64,000 nt of DNA from Phoronis australis. Taxonomy: Eukaryota; Animalia; Phoronida. The notes under the pieces are model-generated. The model worked only from the letters and a program-made list of their open reading frames with translations, had not been told where the DNA came from and did not search any database. The stretch covers positions 267,598 to 331,597 of the forward strand of contig NMRA01000229.1 in the NCBI GenBank assembly GCA_002633005.1, in the 5' to 3' direction. Below are positions 41,061 through 55,192 of the stretch, in pieces. Each line of letters opens with the position of its first letter. The first letter of the stretch is position 1. Both the position numbers and the translations under genes were made by a program.

Positions 41061-43675
41061 GTAAGTTCAGCACATGGATCATAATGCCTAGCTTATTTTT
41101 CCCTGTTACAATCTAGTACGCTACCTAATTTCTGTTAATAAGACGTATGCGTTCAGTTCATACGAGGGCGTATACGGTGAAGGGCAACATGTTCATTTCA
41201 GTTTCACGTTCGTATTCTTCGATTTGCTGGTGGTCGTAGTTACTTCCATTTACTCTTTCGATTTCGTTCAATAGCATTTAATGTAAGACCCTAAAAATTT
41301 GGAACATGATGCCTCAGAGATGACTGGTTGGATTCGTTTGCAGATTTCTGATGCTAGTATGTTTTCTGCATTGTGATCCAAAGCGCTATTGGGATTAATG
41401 TAAAATGTTCCACTTTTGAATGAGGGGTATAAAAATGGGACTTTTTAATAAAAAAAACAATATTACATGAAGCGAAAGCTGTGACATAAACCAAAGTTGG
41501 CCATGTTGTTGATACCGTTCTTTTGCCATAAGTGTACCTTTATCTGGCTAATACTTTATACATGGAGGCATGGTCACGTGACTCAATATCAAATTGACCT
41601 AAAGTCAAAATTCAAATTGTTCAGGTTTTCCACGTTCAGAACTATATAATTTCACCGAGTAAGAATTAATAGTTTTGAGACTTTGGCTAATTACGTACAC
41701 TAGTCGACTGATCTTAAATCACCTTAAATAATCCTAGCTTGAAAGTTCGATCGTAAAACGAATGTTTATCAGTAACCTGTGAAAATGTGCAAGTCCCAAG
41801 TTATTCCTGTTACGCATGGAAAAATGTTGTTCAAAACAAACAGAGGTTAGTGAAGATACTTAATTATCATAGTTATCGAATTTTTAGGGTGTACACAAAA
41901 ATATAATCAGGGGCATTGTTTAATTACTTGGAACATTACTTCAATTTATAAAACTATACAGGTGAATAATAATAACACGCTGCTATAAATTTCATGCATA
42001 TACCTGATACCTCCCAGTTCAATTATGAAAGTGGTTTTATACATTAATGATCGAGTTTAGCGTCACCATTTTAATGGAGGTAATTACGCTCGGTGATTGT
42101 GGTTTTACTAAATGACGCTATTGCGAAATTGAACACGAAAAAGTGATGCGAACCCAGAACACTCAACACCCTTTCATTTCATGGCCAATTCAAGAGACTG
42201 CAACAATATAATGAAATGCAATTTTACAGTAAAATATTATGTTTTATATTATACTGTATTATATGTTACCTTTCCTTACGTTACCTTTTATTATTTGATA
42301 TTATATCATGTTGTATTTTTTCACATCACAGGCATATCGTATTTTGTGATACAGATAAAATTTCTAAAAGTAGTCGCACTTTCTGTATAGCAAACATATT
42401 TCCAACAAATCAGACAAATGACCACAATCGTTTAATGTATGTGTGTCCTTTGGCAATTTGCAATGAATTCTCACCCATTGTGTGTTGCTTGTCGCACGGA
42501 TTTTTACTTCACTGCACGCAACGAAGGAGCACGATTTTAAGAAAATGGTCTTTAAAAGACGAGTGATCACTAGAACAATGGCTCCCTGTCTCAGAACTGT
42601 TCTTAGATTTAGCTTTGAAGTTTCATTATCGTTCCACTGATTATCTAACCATGGAAATCCGGTAATTAACTCTCACAAACATGTCTCAGTGTTTTCCGTT
42701 GTCGGAAAATAGAGATTGGTTTTTGCAATTAAATAGAAATGAAGGGTATTAAATGGGATTTTGATTCTCTTTTAACTTCCTGACTTCTAGATTTCACGGA
42801 GTGACTAAAAACGCATGGTTAAAACCATTTTTATAGTAGCACAGTATTTGTTTAGATATTTCTAACTCTGCTCAAAAATCTTTTTATCAACTTACTCCGC
42901 ACTCCTCGGTCACGTGACAAAACGAACCATATATCTGAAACCTTTAACCTTTCTTATTTCTAAGTAGTGCTAATTTCTTATTTGACGCTTTTCTCCAAGA
43001 GCCACTTTTCACATTATTGGGCCGAAATTCCTGAGATATATATCAAACAGTTCAGGTTATTCTTGAGCTCATATACGTACTGTACGTGTAACGATGTTTT
43101 CCAATTCCTCAATAACTTGTTTTTTTAAGCAAACAGTAGATGGAGCCACATACGCTGCAGTAGACACTCCGGTTTTGAGTAGTTTATGACGCTGACTTGT
43201 ATGTTGTGTATTTGTGCAGATGGTACTCCATAGCAATTGCCCATAGTCTCACCTTTCGATCTTGGAAATTGGTACATTATTATCATCATTTTCAGTATCA
43301 TTATCATTGCCGTTATTGTTATGTCACAATTAATATTATCTTAGTCATTATTAATATAATTTATGAAATTTATAATAGCTTTAAGAATAGAATTGTAATG
43401 GTTATGATAAAAAGATGTACTGGCCTCATGTCGTTCACAATACACTGTAATATTAATATGGTAATCGTAAAAACACCAACACCAACAAGACATGTTCATG
43501 GAGATATAGCGATAGTCACAGTAACAGCAGAGGTAACGTTTACAGGGGGAGTAATATTCCCTGTGTTAATGGCGTGCTCTGGCAGATTGTGTTGAAGATT
43601 GTCGCAGACTGAAATTCATCACCACCTTAAGTCGAATCGTTGCATTCTTTTGAAATGTTTTAACCATTCTAGGTG

Positions 43676-44000
43676 ATGGGTACTACAGATCAAGAGAAGG
43701 AATTTCTACATCAAACCAGTCCAAATAAGTCTAATGAAGAAATCTCGAAGTCTTGTTCAAATCTGGCTCTTGTTCAAGCCAACGGAGAAAAGAGACTATC
43801 TGCTTTTACAAGCGTACAATCAGGGTTCCAGCAACCCAAAGAATTCATGGGGTCTACAGCCGGTATAACGCCGAAACCAGCCTCCCTCTCGGCGATGAGC
43901 GAAGCTCTGTCTTCTGCCGAGGGAGGATTTAACGTCTTTAGTCCAGCGTTGCTGCCCGGTTTTTCAGATTTGGCGCTTCCACCTGGCTTCTCAAACATAT
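43676..44000 (+). CDS. ro: Rough (Ro) homeobox gene, coding exon 1
   Basis: Ser/Pro/Ala-rich N-terminus MGTTDQEKE...RLSAFTSV...PPGFSNI. Phase-1 GTAAGT donor splices in frame to the homeobox exon. Confidence 0.8.
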
Positions 44001-44071
44001 GTAAGTTTCTTCCCGGTAATAGCTTGTGATGTGTACTGTCATCAATTAAAATGCCTCATTTCAAGTATAAC

Positions 44072-44276
44072 CAATCATCATTATCATCAATCATCATCAT
44101 CATTATCATGATCACCGTCATCATCATAGTCATCATCATCATCATTATCATCATCATCAATCATCATCATCATCATCACCGTCATCATCATAATCATCAT
44201 CATCATCATCATTATCATCATCATCAATCATCATCATCATCATAAATCATCACCATCAGCATCATCATCATCATCT
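44072..44276. repeat. Imperfect (ATC)n microsatellite in Ro intron
   Basis: About 200 bp of ATC/CAT triplets with a longer internal duplicated unit. Confidence 0.95.
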
Positions 44277-45431
44277 TAAGCATTGCCTTTCTTGTAATAA
44301 TAAGAATGATAACTGTAATTTAAATCATGATGATGATATTGCAGTTATTATTAAGAGTACTTGTTGTTGTAGTACTATTATTACTCATTCCGCTCAGCGT
44401 CTGAAGTCATGCGTTCGTAAGCTGGGGTAGGTTTCTGTGGGTGGCTACAGTACAAGTACATGTAAGCAGCGATTGAGTTTACGTTTCAGCTTGACCTTTG
44501 ATTTACGGAAGTTATAAGCTACCTGCTGTCTGTGAATGGAATGTGGCTGAGCATTCGGTAATTTCAATTAATGCATTTAATTTTGAATGTTAATCATCAA
44601 ATACCTTATGCCAACCACAACGGTAGATTTTTATTCATAATCTACTCATATTTGCCAAATACACATACTTTTCCATAAATTGTTCCATTGAAGAACAGAA
44701 CTGTCTGTGGCCTGGCACACAGATGGTGTCATCACCTTGGGTTGAGTTACCAGTTGTGTAAACAAACTGGGCCAAAGGGGCCGGTTGCACGAAACAGTCC
44801 CTTTTAGGGACTTACATTTAACTAAGTTCCCTAAATGTTCTGCATATTTTTCTCGTTCATAACTCACATATACAATGTTCTTCTATCATTTTACCCTTGT
44901 TACGAGCTCCTCTTTGAACAATGGCATTTTCTAATAATATAACTAAAAACTGAGCTCTTATTTCAATCAAGACAATTAGAGACTTAGTCCTTCAACTAGG
45001 GGCATTGCATGAAAAGATCCCTAATTATTTTTAACAACACTGAGAATTCGACGTAGAGTTCACTCTCGATTTGTATCAAAGTCAAAAATTGGCCTACTTG
45101 TAGTAATGATACTCAAACAGCTTAAGTTTATTAATTAACTCCGGTAATTAACATTATACGACGGAAACGCGATTGAAATGTGTGCAGTTTTAGTGTGTTT
45201 GGGGGGAGTGGCTCAGATTCAATTTCAAGTGTCAAATTCGGAACTCGGCTCAATCGTAACGGAACTACTGTATGGCTAAGTATAGGCTCTCGCGCGATAT
45301 CCCAGGCGACCGGCAGTGGCGCTGGGCACTACGACTCCGTTTCCATCGTCTGCTTCCCTGTGCAATGAAGAAAATTACATCATTTTTTAAAGAAAATGGA
45401 ATCCGAGTGACGATGAAAAAACAGAAGCTGC

Positions 45432-45653
45432 TGGTAAGATGTGAATTTTAATCGAAGCCTTAGTGAATCACTCAGAAACTCGTAATTCTCTCTTTGTCAA
45501 ACCTTATGAATCAAGGAAAATGCTTGATTTTTAGAGGAAAAACAGAAAAATTTCCTCCTCCCATTGGGTGCTATGCATATCTACAATCGTGCTTTGCGTA
45601 AATGTTTACAGACAAAATGTTGGGCCCCCTTGTGATATCCTAGATCTGCCACT
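45432..45653. mobile_element. Shorter copy of the 16263-16889 repeat, in Ro intron
   Basis: Near-identical GGTAAGATGTGAATTTTAATCGAAGCC...AAACCTTA joined almost directly to GAATCAAGGAAAATGC...GATATCCTAGATCTGCCACT. Confidence 0.85.
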
Positions 45654-47458
45654 TTACAATAAACATTTAGTTACAAGGAAAAAATGGCGGCGTTCAGGAC
45701 AAGTTCCTGAACTGATGAGCCGGAAATGTGGGTACGGAAATAACCGATGACAACCGGTAATCATACGCTCAGAAAGAAGGGTTAAATACTGTTAAAAAAT
45801 CGCTTTTGGCAAGAAAGGCGAAAAGAATATAAAGAAAGGGTGTCGAAAATAAGAATTTATGTAGTGAGTATTTTCGGATACTGGAACCACATGGGCTGTT
45901 TGCAAGAAGGACTTTAAAGTTGTCATTATCGTAGAGAAAACCTTGTCCAAACTACTCAGCGCAAACACTTTCGTGCCTATAGATAATGTGGATCACAAGT
46001 TACTTAAAAGTTTTGGCCACGAAAGGCAAGCTGTCATTGGTGTGCGAAAGGTCCATGTACAAGTTTTAAACATGAATCTAGCAATCACATGTGTTTGAAA
46101 CCCTAACAAACATGTACAAAGTCTTGGTAAGAGGGAAAACTTTTGAATCGTGATTCTTTGCTTCGCAAATGACTCGACCCGGAAGAGAAAACGGGAGTTC
46201 ATTTAAATTAATATCTCAGAAATTTTAGGCGGCTCCCGAAACTTACAACAATTAAAAAAGTTCATTTTTTACCAACCATTGTTCATTTAATGACTTTCAA
46301 CGAATCTCATACGAACACCGGAGGTTGAAAATCCCCTACGACAAAAGCGAAAGTAGACATACATGTAGCTGAGGATGTTACAAACCATGGTTAACGAATC
46401 ACATTTTTTGCTTACAATTACTGAATAAATGTCATCACATCTTTTGAATCTGACATTTAATAGAAAAAGAAATGACATCCCTTTTACAAATCGCGATTTC
46501 TAGCTGTAACATTTAGAGGTAATATCGGCGAGAAAAGTGATTTTTCAGTCGATATCAACCCAAGCGCAGGTTCAAACCTAGAACCTTTGGTCGCAGCCAA
46601 ACACTCTGCTGACGAGCAAGGGCACACTCGGTAAATGACAATGGATTTTAAGCGTAATTGACTGGCAAAGATACACTGTATCTGCCTTCAGTTATCTTCA
46701 TGGAATGTCTGTCAGACATAATGTAGGCGCTATTTGACGATTTGTTATGAAATAAAAACGAATGTTTTGGTGTTTTCTAGCCCGAATATCCCCAACAGGC
46801 GTTTTCGGGCGTAAAAACGCTAATATCCCTTTTACTGGCAGGTCCTTTACTAGTACATTGTAATCACCGTCATCATCGCACCAGTTACCATGTGCAGGTA
46901 CGGTCAGTCCAAAGCATGTGAATTACAACTCTACATGGAAGTGGTGGTATGTTAATTCAACATAATGACCATGACCTTACCTAGTTGGTTTAAAGGAGAG
47001 TGCACATGTAATACAAAATGCTGAATAAAATGTGTTCATTGGCTCAAGATAGTTACTTGATGGCTTAACATCTTTTATATGTTCTTTCATGCTAACGACG
47101 GCGCGTCGAGGTTTCGGGGAGTTGCGGTCAATCTCAGCCCCTAATCGACTCTACAATACTCGGCTCGCGCTTGCAGTCTGGCGCAACCCCACACTATAAA
47201 GGGCACAGAAATGAAACGTATTTAACTGCATAGTAAAATCAACGGTCAGATTTCAGCGTATGACTGGCTGGCAACGGCGAAAATTGGTAATTTGAAATAA
47301 AATCACAAAACACGAGCGATTGCGCTGCTTTGTAGCCGCTCTGACCAACGCTAATAAAGCAATGTGCCCTACCCAACAATAAGCACCAAAATGTGTTCTT
47401 TCGTCGTAAAAGTGGTAATGTCCCGTTTGTACGACATTGTTCATTGTGTGAATTTCAG

Positions 47459-47693
47459 TTCAGAGACGACGACGAAAGGAGAATAGACAGCGACGCCAAC
47501 GGACAACATTCACGTCAGAACAGACGTTGAAATTAGAGTTAGAATACCATCGAACTGAATATATCACTCGCCCAAGGAGATTTGAGTTAGCCGAACTGCT
47601 GCACTTGACAGAGACACAAATAAAAATATGGTTTCAAAACAGACGAGCCAAAGACAAACGAATTGAAAAAGCTCACATGGATCAACAAATTAG
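47459..47693 (+). CDS. ro: Rough (Ro) homeobox gene, coding exon 2 (homeodomain)
   Basis: [78 protein letters not shown]. EQTLxLE, RRFELAE and [11 protein letters not shown] are Ro-family diagnostic. TTTCAG / GTAAGA splice sites. Absent from the ORF track because it has no start codon. Confidence 0.95.
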
Positions 47694-48515
47694 GTAAGAA
47701 GGTAATTCGGTGTTTCTTCAAATGTCGTTATTGATGTTATTATTGCTGTACATGTAAATATGAGCGCTTCGCATTCTAGAAAGATTTTAAAAAAATATTT
47801 TAGCAACTAGCAGTGATATGTGTATATTTTCAGAGACTGCACTTTTGCTCAATTTATTTTCATTAATTTTTAGAAACAGTTATGTGTAGCGTTAAACCAA
47901 TTTTCTGTCTAGCGTCTTAGATCCTTTTCCCCTGTATCGCAATCATAACGGTGGGACGTGAAGGTTTAAACATGATACTTTAACACAATTATGACGAAGC
48001 GATGGACAGATTTGCAAGTCACTTGCCATTTTTGTGCAGTTTTTTGTACATCCTGCTCAAGACTTTTAAAGTTTTCCCCAAACAATATCCAAAGTCTTGA
48101 AGTCATTGGCCAGAGTACTCGTGCATTCAAAGAACCTGCTATAAAAAACACCAACTTGTTTCTGTAACTAAGTATTAAGATATCGAATAAAACTTTGATT
48201 ATTTATATCAATGATTCCCTGTAGACAGACGCGTCTTCTGAAATGGATCTCGTCAATTTCCTGCCTATTAGGAACTCATTAATGTGTGATTGTGCTACTA
48301 ATTGAATACTGTTTTGTCAATTTATGTACACCTGATAACACACGTATGTGATTTAGAACGATATAATCTTCCGGTTTTCGTTCGCTACAAAACTCTTCTA
48401 CGTGGTCGATAGTTTTCCTCGAACGTGCGTTATCAATTTGTCACGAATGTTATTCGCTTCTCACAAGATGCATTTCATTTCTCTAGCTCTCAGTTGTTTT
48501 CTTACTAACACATTT

Positions 48516-48818
48516 TAGGGGCGGATCCAGGATTTTGAGTTGGGGGGGACAGGGCACAAGAACAACCAGAATTTCGCCACACGCGCGCTCCCAGCCTAAG
48601 ATGTAGGGATGCAGGGTCTCGAATTTTTGGGTTTGTGGACTTTATTACTAAAAATGGGGTTTGTTCAACAACCATGCGTTGTGCATTCGCCCCCCGAGCC
48701 CCTTGAGTGCGAGCTTATGCTAGCCAGCAATTCGCACTCCGAACTGCCAAATGGTATCTGGGAGAATTTTAGAGGGGGCCATGGCCCCCTTGCCTCCTCC
48801 GCCCTAAATCTGCCTCTG
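48516..48818. mobile_element. hAT-like MITE with 5-bp flanking duplication
   Basis: Ends TAGGGGCGGATCCAGG and CCCTAAATCTGCCTCTG. CATTT at 48511-48515 and 48819-48823. Confidence 0.65.
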
Positions 48819-49789
48819 CATTTCTTTTCTCACAAATCGTAGTTCCTTTCACACGCTGACAGGGACATGTCAAGTTACCATGTGCACATGCTAGGTCTGT
48901 ATAATGCAAAGATGACGCTGTCGAAGTAAATAATTGACGGCAATGTGGCATAGAAAAATTGTGCATAGTCAAACAGAATTAAAAGAATTTATGTCCGACA
49001 AAATGTAAACAGTTTTTCGCAGCCATTTCCCCAAAAATACATCGACTTCTTTTTAACTTTGTTTCCGCAAAAAATACCCGCTAGACAAATGACCATCGAC
49101 CTCCTTGCTGAACCACGTGTACTCCAGATATCGCCTTATAATTTTTCATTACCAGGCACAGATGTACGTAAAAGTTTACGCATGGTATCCAAAAGCACAA
49201 TGCACAGGTTGTAAATATTACAACACAAGTTGGCCGTTATAATAACAGTGTTGAAGGGTTTTCAAAGTGAAGATTGGTTCTTTTGAAAAGTGATTTTTGC
49301 ATTTTGTATTTGGTCAAAATCTTTCGAAACACGTTGATGTTAAGACTGAGAAAGGGAGCTAATAATTTGACGAATCAAACATTCCCGTCTATTGTTTCAT
49401 AACATAACAAAAAATGTGGTTATCCGGGAACTCCTACTTCCAAAACACCTCCAATACAGCATGGCAAAACCTGATTCGTGTTGAAACAGGAAATTGTATA
49501 TTCCGGGGTACAAAAATGCTTTTTCAGAAACTAAGAGGCTAATTGCTCAGATGCTTTTGATTTCCAAATTATTTATCCATCGAGTCCACAACCTTGATCA
49601 TATCTCCTTCTAACGGAACAGCGTGGCCACGAATGATCACCAAAATTAGCGAGTGCTGGGAACATGTGGTTCATTTGTATAATCAAAACTTTTTGTGAAA
49701 AATAACTTGAATTTAACTTATTTTCACACAGAAGAAAAGTAAAATAAACGTTGTACAAAAAGCACAGTTATTGCTTACCGGATGCGGTA

Positions 49790-49965
49790 AATATTATCCC
49801 CCGCCATTATCTGTCCGTCCGTCTGTTTCTCTTCGTATCCGCTCATGAGACCTTGTGTCCGCGTGCTTCATGCAGAGGACTTTGTGCGCAAGAGACCCTA
49901 ACTACATTTCAGAGGCCATGTCGACCAGACTTTCAAAAATATGACCACCCGTGACGTTATTCGAC
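49790..49965. repeat. Fragment of an interspersed repeat with GTCC/GTCT core
   Basis: TTATCCCCCGCC...CTGTCCGTCCGTCTG...TTGTGTCCG. A loosely similar reverse-oriented segment lies at about 23460-23740. Confidence 0.35.
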
Positions 49966-51188
49966 GGCACCTGAATTTTTACCCGGTCACAACGTCCGCG
50001 AATCTCCCAACAGGAATGCTATTTTATGCAAATGTCCTTCTATATTTCAACAAAGCCGCTTTGAAGGCATATTAACCTACGGCGTCAGCATGTTGCGAAT
50101 CCACGGCATTTTCCGGAATTTTACACATCCAAGTGCGTAATTGTTCTTCTATGAACAACCATTCCTACAATGCTCAGAAATTTTTGGCCAAATTTTCAAA
50201 AACAATTTTTACAAAAGCCATAGCCCATCACTATTCTGGGATTCGGCCGAATATGCATTTTGCGGGGTTTTGGGCCATTTTCGATCTTCACGCATCTAAT
50301 TATGGAAATGATCTTCTGTATACAACTTTAAATTCTTATATTTTAAAAGAAAATTTCAACCAAACTTTCAAAAATGATGGTAAAATGTTTTGGGATTCCA
50401 TCGTATTAATCCGAAATTTCCCCTGTTCAAAATTTTCCCGAATCCACGCTTTTCTGTGTACAGCTTCTGGAGAAACCTTTGGTGGAGGATGTTGGTGTCA
50501 GCGACATTCTGACTATTTTTGCTTTCATTTTACATAAAAGAACAGTCACACAATGCATCGTACTTTACCCCTACCTGTAAGTGAAAGGTGGAGTTGCTTT
50601 GAAGACCAAAATGCTGGCATTTCCAGGAGGTGTGAGATTCGAAAGCTTCTCAAGACGTCAGTGTACTATGCCTTAAGCTTTTTTGCGTCATAGACACAAA
50701 TAACAATATTTGATTAATCCCTCTGAAGAATGCCACATCAGAAAATTGTGTGTGACAGTCGGCGTGAGCAATAGATAATAAAAGTGTGTTATCTTTGAAA
50801 AATATGACAAATTAGGCATGCAACATTCACAGTAAAGGTTAACAGAATTATCGAACAAATACATTTGTATAATTTCAAAAACAACTCTTACAATTTATGT
50901 AACATGAAAAGTTTCAGCGGGGACACTGTTCAAACGAGCGCAGTATCTCGACAGTAGCCACAAAGATTTGGTAGTGATTAACACATGCCCGAAGACTGTG
51001 GGAGCACCTTGGGTAGAGATATGTTTGGAGGCTTCATTCCTACTTCTTGTGAGGAGATGGGCACTTTTCATGGTTTGCCCCCACGCTAGTTCATGAAACG
51101 ATGTAAAACATTTTCAACAAAGTGTTGTACTGAACTTCACAGTGCACGTTTCACACAGTAGTATAATGACAACTCGCAATTTTTTCAG

Positions 51189-51375
51189 GGCCATCGGTTT
51201 AGCTACAGCTGCCACCAACTATCCGTCCATCTCGTCAGCCTTCAGCAACCTCTGTGGGACGTACTACTACAAGTCAGACGGAGCCGCTGCTGTCATGGGA
51301 ACTGGACAATCGGCCAATCACATGCCACTTCCACCGTATAATTCCATGCCGAGTCTGACAAGCGTCACTCACTGA
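51189..51375 (+). CDS. ro: Rough (Ro) homeobox gene, coding exon 3
   Basis: TTTTTTCAG acceptor, phase 2 compatible. AIGLATAATNYPSISSAFSNLCGTYYYK...SLTSVTH*. Total CDS 747 nt = 248 aa. AATAAA at about 52291. Confidence 0.82.
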
Positions 51376-54300
51376 AATCTAGAATGAATGGAATAGACTT
51401 GATGTTTTATTGCGTTTATATGTTTACAAGTATTAAGAATCAGACCTCTGAAACGAAATTTAAATGTTTTATCGCCATCTTTAAATTTTAGACCACGCAT
51501 TCCAATTATGAAAATTTCAATCACTTGTCTTAACTGGTTTTAGCATTGTGCTAATTTTTATGAAGAGGTACACAATAGACTGGTGAGTCTTAGCTGATGC
51601 TGAAAAATATGCCAGGCTGTGAACCTTGAAATTGCTTGGCGATGCCTGGAGTTCCTATATTTACACCTGCCTAGAAGTATAACAAAGAGATTGTTTTCTC
51701 AACCTTTACATTTGAGTTACAACATAACAGTGGCCAGATACATGTAACCTGAAGACATAGAATGTCCTGCATGTTCACATAGTCGTTGCTATTTAAGAAC
51801 GCCAGCAAGACTTTTCATGTAACGCCGATAAAATTATTCCTTTCTAATGATTTTATCATGGTTATTTGAATGATACTATTTATTACGAAAACATTGTTTT
51901 ATTGTTGAAAATCTGGTTTGCTGTTGATATAAATGTATATTTGGCAGAGAACAGATACTTGTTCGTTTATTATTGTATATAATTTATTGTTCGTGTACCA
52001 GTGTATAAATATATTCGATTTTCGATTTCTAAACATGACGGGATATTACCAAATGATTAAAGCATCTCTCCCGTACCGCCAATACAGTCTTATAGCATTT
52101 TCTTGCGCAAATTGCCAAATTTGTTATTAAGTTATTATACGAGTATAGATATGGTTATATCGATATTTCATTTGTTATTGTTATATTGTCTTATTCTGAA
52201 GTGACTAATAAGCCCAATTGGGGCTGGGTACAATCATATTTTTATTACGACTAATGTCTCGGTAATAACGAACAATGCACTTGTAACTATAATAAATAAA
52301 CTCTAAAAACAAACAAGGTATCGATTTTGACGAAACCGAAAATACGTGTAAGCGACGCTAACAATGTAACCGTTATATCGACACTGCACGAGTTTTAGCA
52401 ACGATCTTTGTGTTCGTTTGCCGTATTATGCACAAACTTTAGCGTCCACGAAAAACATTTCTAGAAACGATCTCTCGTTTTCAGCTAAGATGGTATTAAT
52501 TACGACACTAATCGATACTTTATCGTGGTTCACCAATGTAAATCAAGTATTTCAAGGCTGTTTCTAGTGCAGAAATTGCGACAAAATTAATATCAATGTC
52601 TTCCGGAAGTAGTCTCGTGTGACACATTGATACAGGGTTTTACTAAAATTCATGTCGCGATTTTTGAATCACTTAAAAAATTGACAGGAATCACCCCAAG
52701 ATTGCTTCTTCAAGTCCAATTTTTGAATTTCTAACGAATGGAAATGGTTTTAGAAGGTATAAGTATGTTCATGTATGTACATTGTGATACATGTACTTGC
52801 TGTCCCTGCGTTAAAAAATATAGACATAATTTGAGCTTCAATTTTGGACTGTTGGAGAATTTTTCAAAATTTTAACCTTTCAAATGTTTAAAATCAGTTA
52901 TTGAGACGTTTACCAGATCATCAATTCAAAAAATCTGGTGCCTTTAATTGAAAACAACACAATCGCCTCATTTTAACAACACAACTCAGAAAACTGTAAC
53001 AAATCGCCGCATTGCTGCAAAGCTTCGCACAAAGTCTGTAGTCTTTCAACTGTAAAACCAGCAGGAGGTTTTTCTTACATATCTGTCGTATTCCCGAACA
53101 TCCAGATATGAACAGTACGAGGGAAGTGGGGCAGAAACCCTCCACCTGCTTATTTCCTCGCAAAAGGTCTTTGAAAATTGCGAATAAGTGACAATTCCTC
53201 CAAACCATGCAGTGATTGATAACTTTGACGTTTTCAACGAGGAACACGTTTTTGTCGTAACAACAAAACCTTTTGGATGAAAACAACATTTCTAAGACCT
53301 TATAGGTAAAGATGTTTTGGCAACGCTAGTCACCCTCGTGTTTCATTTGTCGCACCCTGTATTTCTAAGTTACCTACAAACAGCTGCCTGTAATCCGATA
53401 ACAGGAAATTCAACAAATCTCTAAATTTGATTGAGTCGTTAATTATTCATAACTCGTTTTGTGTGATGACTTCATTATATGCGCAATACAATTTGAAAAT
53501 CTATATTGGATGCTCAATAAAAATGACGCGGAAGCGGGTGGGGAGATGTGAAACTTTGGTGAATTGTTAGGAATGAAAAAAACTTACGTGCACGCATCAA
53601 ACAGGTGTCAAATAACATTTTGTTCACTACATTCGTCCTTTCTTTTTGTTCAGCGTTATTCGCCTTCTGTTTCTTCACATCTATGCTCCCGTTAACCATT
53701 GTCAAGAGTGGGCCTACTACGTCTGCTGTTGCACTACTCAATGACTATGGATACCCTCTGACACAGCGTCACCTATACATGTACTAATAGTGGCCCTGTG
53801 AAAACATGATGAACGATCGACACACGGAAATCCGCCTGTGGACATGAATGCGCATGCTTGGTCGGAAGTTTACCGATCACATCGCCACCACTTGTACACG
53901 CCTTCTTTACACTTGATCGGGGTTGCCTTAATTTTGTTTACTTCGATAATTGCCTGTTTTAATAAATCGCAACTATTCAAGTCAACGGTAGTCGCCATCT
54001 TACGTCACAGTGAACCTAAAGGAGTTTCCCGGATTTCAACCAATGATCATTACGACGTCAATTTCATTACTTTAACCTAGGACCAATTACTCCCAGCTTT
54101 AACCAATGAGAAGCCATGTTAAACAACATCCACAGTGTTACCTTTCGTAGCACTGTGAAAGAGTGTATGATTATGGACAGATCCCGGACACATTTTTAAC
54201 TTACAGATGTCAGTGTGGCTGGTTAAACTGCCCTGACCTTCTGCTCATGTGTGGATTCTATTTACTCTCTAATGCTATTCCTTCCTTTCTTATTACCTTT

Positions 54301-54981
54301 ATTGTCAGCTCCTTTTTATTTAAGATATTGTCTAATGCTTTGTCTAAATATTGAGCTCTCACTTCAATGAAAATGAAAATGAAAATGAAAATCAAAACAA
54401 ATAGGGATATTATTCTCGCTCTGTACCGAGGCTGAAGATTGGCTTAGTACTGAATAAATATCAGGCAAAAGGACAAATCAGCAAAGGCCATGCTGGTTAT
54501 GTAGGAACGATAGTTAAATCGTAGTCTAGGACTGTTTCACACAACCGGTCACTGTAGGAGGCATTTTACTGAGTATAACTTTGGATTAACTGTCACATTC
54601 ATTAATTAACAGCTGTAGTAATAATCCATCCTGTTGCTATTTCTTATCATCATTGATGCAATCTCAATTATCATATCTGTAACCAGGACTACATGTACAT
54701 TGCTATTTTGCTATTTTATCCAGAAGCCATTGGTGATTTCTTAGGTCTCGATTACGAAAATTTAAATTGTCATGCCTATGTTATATTTTACACTGAAAAT
54801 CAAGTTGGAATGTGAATATAATCTTAATCCTTTTTAACGGCCATTTTCATCGTCTATCTGTTTTTTAATCTTCTCCTTCTTCTCACTCTCTTGTTCCTTC
54901 TTCCAGAAAAAAACGAAAATTTATGATTTTTTGAATATGCGCGTAGGGAACATTTTGGAGTCATCAAATAGATTTCTAAAC

Positions 54982-55192
54982 TTAATTACTTTACACCCCA
55001 AATAATTACCCCACGCCATTAAATTAAGCCAGGAATAATTATTTTACGCCCCAAATATATACTTTACGCCGTTAAATTACTCCGCGAATGTTACTTCACG
55101 CCGTATTGCGTGTATTAAGCTAATTCATGTTAAAGGCGTAAAGCAATTATTTGCGGCGTAAAGTACATGTAATTATTAACGGCGTAACGTTA
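54982..55192. repeat. Fold-back repeat made of TACTTTACGCC units
   Basis: About five direct TTTACGCC-like units followed by three inverted GGCGTAA units. Confidence 0.7.

Noticed and set aside
44051-44245. ORF with poly-Ile and poly-His
   Set aside because: Translation of the (ATC)n microsatellite inside a Ro intron, not a gene.
47459-47693. Msx/Msxlx assignment of the homeobox
   Set aside because: It shares [14 protein letters not shown], but EQTLKLE, RRFELAE and DKRIEKA match Rough.
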